Assembly (NCBI GenBank): GCA_040143965.1
Contig: JASJQH010000082.1
Coordinates: 1 to 32,482, forward strand
Source of the DNA: Basidiobolus ranarum
Lineage: Eukaryota
Direction: 5' to 3'
Length of the DNA stretch: 32,482 bases
Shown here: positions 24,786 to 32,482 of the stretch, piece by piece
How the letters are laid out: every line of letters begins with the position of its first letter
How positions within the stretch are numbered: position 1 is the stretch's first letter
Made by a program: the position numbers and the translations under genes
The notes under the pieces: generated by a model
The model's input: only the letters and a program-made list of their open reading frames with translations
Database searches by the model: none
Told to the model about the DNA's origin: nothing

Positions 24786-26412
24786 CTAATTTTTCATTGA
24801 AACCTTGGCCGCCAACTCGGTGGCAATTTTAAAAACACCTATCAAAGCAGAGGTTTGTATACTCTCGGTAGCACCGCCAGATAGCTTGTATCTAGAGAGA
24901 TGAATGAGTTGGAATGTTCATGGTCATGATGGGAAATATACAATTCTTACTCGATTTCTGCCAATTTGTCCAACAAATACACGCGAACATTCGCAGGGAA
25001 TTCAATCGCATCTATGTAGTTGGCGATCTCAGTCACGATGTCCTGTAGAGCCAGACCTTTCTCTGTCTTTAGTTTGCTGAAATCTAATGGTAAGAGTGAA
25101 GGTTAGGGTCGGGTTCTTCCTGACTATGACTATGAGAAGGGTACTTACTGGATTGTGCAGTGTTAAACTCCTCGTTTAGCATCCAAGTGACTATCTTCTC
25201 GATATCATGGGGCAGAGGTTGGCCAGTGCATGTGTATACTGCAATGTCGTCTATTTCCTCGTAGGCAGCATGGCAGGCTTGTAGGACGTTGAGGATACGT
25301 CTCATATCACCATTCGATAGCTTAAATAACGCCTTCTTCCCTGATTCGGTCAAATGTACACTAACAAGTAAAATGTCAGATATTTCTTCAAGACAAATTC
25401 AATCTTTAGAAATTACTTTTCTTTCTCGATGATCATCTGCAGACGGGATTCTATTTGACTGGGTTCCAGTGGTGAAAAGCGGAATTTGGTGCAACGGGAT
25501 TGTAATGCTGGAATGATTTTGCTAACATAGTTACAAATCAAGCAGAATCTAACGTTCTTCGTATACTTCTCGATTACTATTGAACAGGTGTTAATGAATC
25601 TAGGTTTGTTAACAATTCTGGGTAGTTGAAAACAAATTTACCTCTACGTAAAGCTGCTTGTGCAGCCTGTGTCATAGCATCAGCTTCATCCAAAATGATC
25701 ATCTTGAAACCTGAGCTAGAAAGGTGTGAATACTCGATAAATATTGATCAACAGTGATGTATAGCTACCTAAATATCTTGCGAGTACTAGCAAAACTTTT
25801 GATTTGTTCACGAACAACGTCAATACCACGATCATCAGAGGCATTGAGCTGAGAAAGAGGACTGAGTACTTATAGATACTTAAACTTATTGCTAATACTA
25901 AACTCACCTCCAAAATCATGGACTTGTAATTTGAACCGTAAAGGTTTCTTGCACTGGCGAGGATGGTAGATGTCTTACCAGTACCAGGTGGCCCGTAAAA
26001 TAGTAAATGAGGTAGTCGATTTTCGTTGATAAATCTTTCAACTAAAGTAAAGAAACAATAAACAATCGTTAGTAAAAGGGAAATCAATTATGTTTCGGGG
26101 AGAAACAATTGAGGTATTTCTTACTTGTAGTGGTGATATCTTTCTGGGAAACAAGATCTTCAAGTGTGGCTGGACGATATTTTTCAACCCTATTTTTTGA
26201 AACATACTTTGTAAATCTCTGTTGTATTTGTTCTCTCAAGGCGTGTCCCAATTATCTACTTCAGTATTATTGAAAGTGAAAATAAACGCTTACCAAGGTA
26301 AATTCTCTAGGCCAGCCACATTGGTGGCTAATTCAACGCTTTTACCTTTTCCTTTATCATTTGTTGTTTGGGTATCAATATCCATATGGTCCTCCATCTC
26401 GACGTCAGGCAT
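24786..26412 (-). CDS. RFC3: Replication factor C small subunit (yeast Rfc3 / human RFC5), 9 exons
   Basis: NLPW|VEKYRP, Walker [26 protein letters not shown], Walker [13 protein letters not shown] motif [30 protein letters not shown]. All 8 GT-AG introns join in frame. Confidence 0.93.
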
Positions 26413-26780
26413 GTTTGTAATAAGGAAGTTTCTAAAATGGTTGAATAGTATAAATATGAACTTGAGGATTCTCAGTAATCTCAAACTAGTAAACAATTCT
26501 ATAAACAAAACACTGACGTGAGGTTTTTTTTTGTACGAGATATTAAGCGCACTGAAATCAAAACATCGTTTATTGGTAAAATATTGATATACTTTTACCT
26601 TGGAAATTAATCACATTTTAAACTTGTTTAATCTGTCTTGTGAGCTCAGTGTGAAAGAATTAGCGAAGAAATTGCAGTCATTCTTATGAAACTCGATTGC
26701 TCTACATAGATTAACATTCGGCCTGTGGAATGGATGCTCTAAACAGTGAAGAGCTAGCAAATAAAAACTTGGATATTTAA

Positions 26781-26815
26781 CCTAACTCTAGCCCTAACCC
26801 TAACCCTAACCCTGA
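26781..26815 (-). repeat. Interstitial telomeric repeat (TTAGGG)n with variant units, G4-competent
   Basis: Plus strand: CCTAA CTCTAG CCCTAA CCCTAA CCCTAA CCCTGA. Minus strand 26792-26813 reads AGGGTTAGGGTTAGGGTTAGGG. Confidence 0.9.
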
Positions 26816-26994
26816 CAAATTGTATTATATAATATATATCTACAGTATCAACCAAAGAGTGGTTACTTCGTGCAGGTGATAGTGCTTTATTCAAATTTGA
26901 CAGAAAGTGGATTACTGTTGGAGCAGGGAATTGGAAACGCGAAAGATAGGTAGAGTATGACTTATTCTTCTAGTATCGAATGATTGGAAAGTAG

Positions 26995-27042
26995 AGGTAA
27001 ACGATCTACCAGGTAAACGATCTACCAGGTAAACGATCTACC
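26995..27042. repeat. Perfect tandem repeat, 16 nt x 3, in the presumptive UBC6 3' UTR
   Basis: AGGTAAACGATCTACC starts at 26995, 27011 and 27027. Confidence 0.95.
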
Positions 27043-27355
27043 AATGGAATTTTGTCGGCCAGTAGTGAGTTACTTCACTAGTTTATCAGAAGTTAAGTAT
27101 AGTGATTCTGAGCCATCAAATTCAACAAAAAAGCGCTTACATTGCACCGGGTTCAATAGAGCCCTAGAGACAAGAGTGCCACGATGATGGAAAGAAACTA
27201 AACGCAAATGGGAGAAATGGTGCAAATAGATTGCAGTGTCAATTATTGGGAGTGAAGATATTCCAAAGCAATTTGATGTGTAGTACGGAGGTGATGGTGT
27301 GGATAAATGGATAGTGGTTATGTTCGTATCGAAGCAGAAAAATAAAGGTTTGGAC

Positions 27356-28435
27356 TTAGTAGGACCGAGCAACAATTTTTGAAACTAACAAATAGATACA
27401 CACAAACAAAAACACCACTAATTTTGACCATGAGTCCCCTAAGCGCAGCCAATTCCAATTGCCATTAGCGTTGTGATCCAGTTGCTCTGCTCTATGATGG
27501 TCGTCTGGTCCTTCCTCTGTGGGATTCGAAATTTGATTTGCCAAGGTTTGAGGAGTAGAAAGAACACAAAGATCAGGGAAAACATCTATGACTGATATTA
27601 ATACCAAAGTTTATAGAATTCAAATAGGTTAACACAGTACAGACTGACCTCTGAACTTTGAATTGTTGTAGTTATACGCGTGAGATTTAGAGGCGAAAGC
27701 CCTCTTAACGGCATCAGTGGTGCGTACACTTCCGGTTGTTTCCTCATCACCAACCTAAAAGTGAATAGAGTGGAGATTATTCCAGTATGTAGTCAAGTTT
27801 AATACAAAGTAGTGTCCAATACCATGAATGATAGCAACCCATTGAGTATAGTTGAGACAGACCAAGCAGGATTCCAGGTATTAGCTTTAGAAAGTATATT
27901 AGTAACCTAGGTTGACTATAGTAATTGAGGTAAAAACAGGATGGCTTACGGTGGAATTCACTCATACTCAAACAAATACGCGCATTTGGCTTGAAACGTC
28001 CACTTGGAGTGATCATACGAATGGAAGGTGGCTTGAAGGGATATTCACTGGGGAAAATCACTTTACCTATAATATGTGGGTGAGCCACAACTATTTCCGC
28101 AAGAAATTTTGTAAATAGTTGATGAAGTCGTACCATGATATTGCCCGCCTATTGTTAATTCAAAAGTCAAAAAAGATTAGGCATAGATTCATCATATTAA
28201 CTCTACGAGTGCCTACCTTGATAGGGGGTATCGGGAGGACCAGTCAATACATAGTGCCTACAAATTCATAAAAGATGAGGAGTGTTGGAGAAAGTATAGT
28301 ATTCCAGAAAAGGATCTAAGGTTACCACTCTAATACATTCTCTTCGAGAGGCTTAGTAGTAATAAAAGGAATCGGGCTTTTTTGAATAGCCATGTATTCC
28401 TTAGTTAGACGTTTGGAAGCAGCTTTACTGGCCAT
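27356..28435 (-). CDS. UBC6: ER tail-anchored ubiquitin-conjugating enzyme E2 (Ubc6/UBE2J2), 7 exons
   Basis: [59 protein letters not shown], catalytic [19 protein letters not shown]-terminal [15 protein letters not shown]. Confidence 0.93.
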
Positions 28436-28848
28436 TTTATGTAGCTCAGAGCAAGTTTTTGCGAAGGGATGGGGATGAGTACAAAAGCACTTGTATTATA
28501 ATGAACAGATGAGCCTTAACGAGAACAAAAACAGGAATGTACGAAATAATAAGTCACAAAAGTGGCAATAGTAATGGGAGTAATTAGACCAGAGTAATTA
28601 GACCATGGGCGAGAGGGTGATGAATTTAGGGTTTAAAAAAGGAATTGCTGAATGGGAAAAAGGAGGGAATGAATGGCCATTATTGTATTATTGTAAAATT
28701 AGTCAGTGGAAAATAGCACATTTTCAGTGCGTACATAGGGTTAGATACATAGGGTTATACATGCGTACATATTTGTATAAATATCAGCTTATTTTATCCC
28801 ACTTTCACAATTTATGATTATACCTTTAACGAAACTTGGGTCGAATTT

Positions 28849-28924
28849 TATTGAATCTTCCTGGAGCAAGAATTAGTAAGTTCAAATATTGAATCTTTCT
28901 GGAGCAAGTATTAGTAAGTTCAAA
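28849..28924. repeat. Tandem duplication, 38 nt x 2, each copy with a TTAGTAA Yap response element
   Basis: TATTGAATCTT(C/T)CTGGAGCAAG(A/T)ATTAGTAAGTTCAAA starts at 28849 and 28887; 2 mismatches. Confidence 0.9.
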
Positions 28925-29302
28925 TAAAATTTCGCACCCATGATTAGATAGTAGTTTGAACCAACAATATTCCAGGTCTTAGTTCCAGGTCTTGGGGTAA
29001 AAGTACTTGTAGGGAAACTGTTATTTAGATATATAGGATGTTTTGTAGTTTTCCCGTTTGTAATTTTCCCGAATAATCTTAACCTTCTAGAACAAGCGTT
29101 TGGAACTTCTCGCTAGCATATCAGTTCGTTTTGGTAACTTGATCAGATCTTGCTACCAAAAATTTCCAACTTGAGTTTAAACTTTTAATCAACGCTTGTT
29201 TGATACTTTCAATCCAAGCTCGGTGTTAAAGTTCGGTGTTATTAGTAAAGACAGCCCATCAAGTATTTCCGTTGATCCGGACGGGGCAATACTTCCCTTT
29301 CT

Positions 29303-29378
29303 ACTCAAATAAGCCATTAGTTTACACTTGACCCTCCACTCAAATAAGCCATTAGCTTACATTTGGCCCTCCACTCAA
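29303..29378. repeat. Tandem duplication, 35 nt x about 2.2
   Basis: ACTCAAATAAGCCATTAG(T/C)TTACA(C/T)TTG(A/G)CCCTCC starts at 29303 and 29338, followed by a partial ACTCAA. Confidence 0.9.
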
Positions 29379-29782
29379 TTCTCAAGCCCAAGTAAAGTCT
29401 ATGTTACTTCGGTAGTAGTTCTCGATTTATTCACTAACAATATTCGATAAAAAATTGGTATACATACTTCACTTTAAAAAATATAAATTCCATGTCATGG
29501 TATTCTGCCTCTTTACTGCGCACTTTCTAACAAACTTTCCTACATTGGTATATCTGCCCGAATTGGTCTGACAGCTCGGCGCCGAAGTGTCACCGAAGAG
29601 GGTGTAAAAGGAGGAATTCCACTGCGGCGATCCAAAGGCTTGGATTGTTGATTTAGGTCTGTTTGTAAAAGCTAAATTTCTTAATTAGGGATTTTCTTCA
29701 AAAACAAAATCTATAAAAGCGTGACATACGATCGTGATTCAGTATATTGAATTGGTTGCTTGAGTGTGTGCAAGTGTGTGCA

Positions 29783-31669
29783 ATGACATCTAATAACTCA
29801 GCAATGGCAGAAAAACAACAGGATCCCTCGCTTAGCGAGATGACTGAAGTTATGGACACTTTAAAAATCGATGATTTAGAGAAAAATGAGACGAAGTTAG
29901 CCCCAACAAACCCTGGAATTGCAACTGGCCCTACTCCATTACCGTTCGCTAAACTAATGTTAGTCTTTCTTGGGCTTGCGTTATCCATCCTGTTGGCTGG
30001 TCTTGACCAGACTATTGTGGCTACAGCTCTACCCAAGATTGCTTCCGATTTCGGCGCCTTCAATGAAATTGCCTGGGTAGCCACGGCGTATATGTTGACT
30101 GCTACAGCCTGTCAACCTCTCTATGGAAAGGTAAATACTTCTTTTTAAGCAATCTTATTCCCTACTCTGCATGATTCTAAACAATATTTTAGTTCTCAGA
30201 TATTTTTGGTCGTAAAGCCGCTTTTCTATTTGCTATTATCATCTTCGAGGTTGGTAGCGCTTTGTGCGGATCATCTCAGAGCATGACAATGTTGATTGTA
30301 GCTAGAGCAGTCGCTGGAATTGGTGGTGGTGGCAGTGAGTATTCTTGAATAATTCCTTTCTATTTCCGCCATCTAACTCTGTTCTTTTAGTTCAAGGAAT
30401 GGTGTTTATTATTATCTCTGAAATCGTACCAATTCGAGAGCGTGGAAAATACCAAGGATTCATTGGTGCTACAGTAAGTTGAATGGCATTAGTAACTTCG
30501 TTTGCGGCCCTCTTTACTAAACGTTTTCTTTTCACTTAGTACGGTATCTCTTCTGTCCTTGGCCCTCTATTAGGTGGTATCTTTACGGATGATGTAACTT
30601 GGAGGTACATATCTTAAGTTTTATGCAAACCCTTTTGATACACACTAATCACATTGATTCTTGTAGATGGGCTTTTTATATCAATCTTCCGATTGGAGCT
30701 CTCACCGTCGTGGTTGTCTCATTGTATCTAAACCTTCCAGTTGCGAAAAGTTCCTTGATGGATAAGCTTAAACGAATTGATTTTCTCGGTACCATTCTCC
30801 TCCTTGGTTTTATTATTACCTTGTTGCTACCAACTCAGTGGGGAGGCAATCAGTACCCATGGAATTCAGCCAAGATCATAGCACTTTACTGCGTTTCAGG
30901 TGTATTACTGATCGCTTTTGTCATTGTGGAATATCGATTTGCTGCAGAGCCTATAGTTCCTTGTCGGTTGTTTGCTATGCGTACACCACTGTTTACCTTT
31001 ATCACCATGTTCTTCTTCGGAATGGGTTTCTTCGGTTTGATCTATTACATCCCACTGTACTTCCAGATTGTACGTGGAGACTCCGCCACCACATCCGGAC
31101 TTGAAATGCTACCCATGATGCTTTCGGTATCTATGTGCAGTATTATTTCTGGACTCACAGTCACCAAAACTGGTATTATTGTAGTCTGGTGCTGGGTTGG
31201 ATCTGCCATTATGACGGTTGGAACAGGGTTGTTGACTCTTTGGAATGCCGATACAGGCCGTGGTGAACAGATTGGTTTCTTGCTGGTTGTGGGAATTGGA
31301 GCTGGCTGTTGTATACAAACCTTGATTTTTGCTGGTCAATCAGCGGTCACTCATAAGGATATGGGTGTGGTTACAGCTTTATCAACGTTTTTCCGGTCCA
31401 TTGGAGGTGTCCTGGGTATCGCCATATTCGGAGCTATCTTTAATAACAAGCTAACTGAAGGACTGGAGAATTTAAGCTTTCATATTCCCGTGAAAGAAGC
31501 TACCAATAACTTTGAGTTCCTCAATACGCTCCCAGCTGAAGAACGAAGAGAGACTGTGGATGTATATGTTCACGTACTTCGTACCATCTACACAATAGCT
31601 ATCTTCATGGTTGGTATTGCTTTCTTGTTCTCTTGGGGTATCAAGTATATCAAGTTGCAGAAACACTAG
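29783..31669 (+). CDS. MFS drug:H+ antiporter, DHA2 (14-TMS) family, 5 exons
   Basis: LAGLDQTIVATALPKI, WVATAYML, PLYGK|FSDIFGRK, ARAVAGIGGGG, SEIVPIRERGKYQG, LGPLLGG, WRWAFYINLPIG, FFRSIGG. TATAAAAG at 29712. Start could alternatively be ATG 29804. Confidence 0.92.
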
Positions 31670-31766
31670 CGATCCTTTTGAACGACTCCTATGTAAGACA
31701 CTAGCGATCCTTTTGAACAACTGTTATGTAAGACACTGGCGATCCTTTTGAACAACTCCTATGTAA
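31663..31766. repeat. Tandem repeat, 35 nt x 3, overlapping the MFS stop codon
   Basis: ACACT(A/G)GCGATCCTTTTGAAC(G/A)ACT(CC/GT)TATGTAA(G) starts at 31663, 31698 and 31733. Confidence 0.93.
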
Positions 31767-32482
31767 TATACTCTTTCATCTCCTAGAAAACCTACTTAAT
31801 CAACAATAGATCAATATATTTCTCATTCGTAAGTTGCCAATATAAACATTATACCTGGACAAATTATTGTTCGTCAAACATAATAAAATAAGAAAAATAT
31901 ATATGATATTTTTGAAATTCCCCAGAATAATCTCGTTTAGGGTTTAGAAATTCTCACTGACAACAGGTCTGTTTTGGTAATTCGATCTTACCAAAATTGT
32001 CTAACTTGTGTTAAAACCGTTAATTAATGCTTGTATGATACTTGCAATCAAAGTTTGAGGTGGTTGGTAAATGTTGAAATTAGCATTGCCTAAACACCTA
32101 TATAGTCATATATAAATTAGTACTTAGTTATCTTATAATGAACTAAGATATTATCAATTATTCTCATAAGGAATTTACTTAGAAGTTTGAAGATATATAG
32201 ATTTTTTCAAACTTGTGCTAGAAGCCCCAAACTTTGAACACATGCTCCTGGGACCTTCCTTAACATATTCTACACGTTAGTTTATTTACATCTTGACAAA
32301 ACTATAAATGTCAACTTAATAAGTGAAAACCACCAATTCCTCTAATTCTCCAAACCACTTCCAACAGGCTCCCAAATACTTTAACAGGTTATGAGCCCCA
32401 AGCTTGCACTCTTGGTAATGTCTACTTCTCAAATTTATGGAACTTTTCCCTCTTCTGAAAAATTGGATGGAACCAATTATCA

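Noticed and set aside
26640..27350. Telomerase RNA gene with a CUAACCCUAAC template on the + strand
   Set aside because: The tract is more than 3 repeats long, whereas templates are usually about 1.5-2, and I cannot see a pseudoknot or CR4/5. A covariance-model search plus + strand RNA-seq would be decisive.
31663..31766. 35-38 nt repeats (also 28849 and 29303) as CRISPR-like arrays
   Set aside because: Units are head-to-tail with no spacers, there are no cas genes, and the context is eukaryotic.
31980..32482. CpG-poor terminal region as a transposon relic
   Set aside because: No terminal repeats or recognisable transposase/RT motifs, only short open frames, and the region is cut by the window edge.

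Overview
Gene-dense eukaryotic nuclear DNA, AT-rich, with short (mostly 50-100 nt) GT-AG introns and CTAAC/CTRAY branch points. It is most consistent with a fungus outside the yeasts, probably early-diverging (inference from the fungal-type histone H4, a Hos2-type HDAC and a metazoan-like LARP1 that keeps its DM15 domain). I reconstructed 14 protein-coding genes by hand: a dienelactone hydrolase, a NIPA-type transporter, a Yap/AP-1 bZIP, ATRIP/Rad26, HOS2, SENP8/NEDP1, LARP1, NADPH-P450 reductase, histone H4, an HMG-box protein, TOM22, RFC3/RFC5, UBC6 and a DHA2 MFS pump. I found no rRNA, tRNA, CRISPR array or intact mobile element, and no clear-cut novel multi-gene system. Best leads: (1) a near-identical telomere-derived element (22/23 nt) upstream of both ATRIP and RFC3, one copy containing a perfect human-type telomeric G-quadruplex 22-mer; (2) a fungal LARP1 with the cap/TOP-binding DM15 residues intact; (3) a drug-pump promoter in which tandem duplication has doubled a Yap response element; (4) an unannotated spliced unit near the window start; (5) several splicing oddities. 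All protein-family calls come from motif recognition, not database searches.
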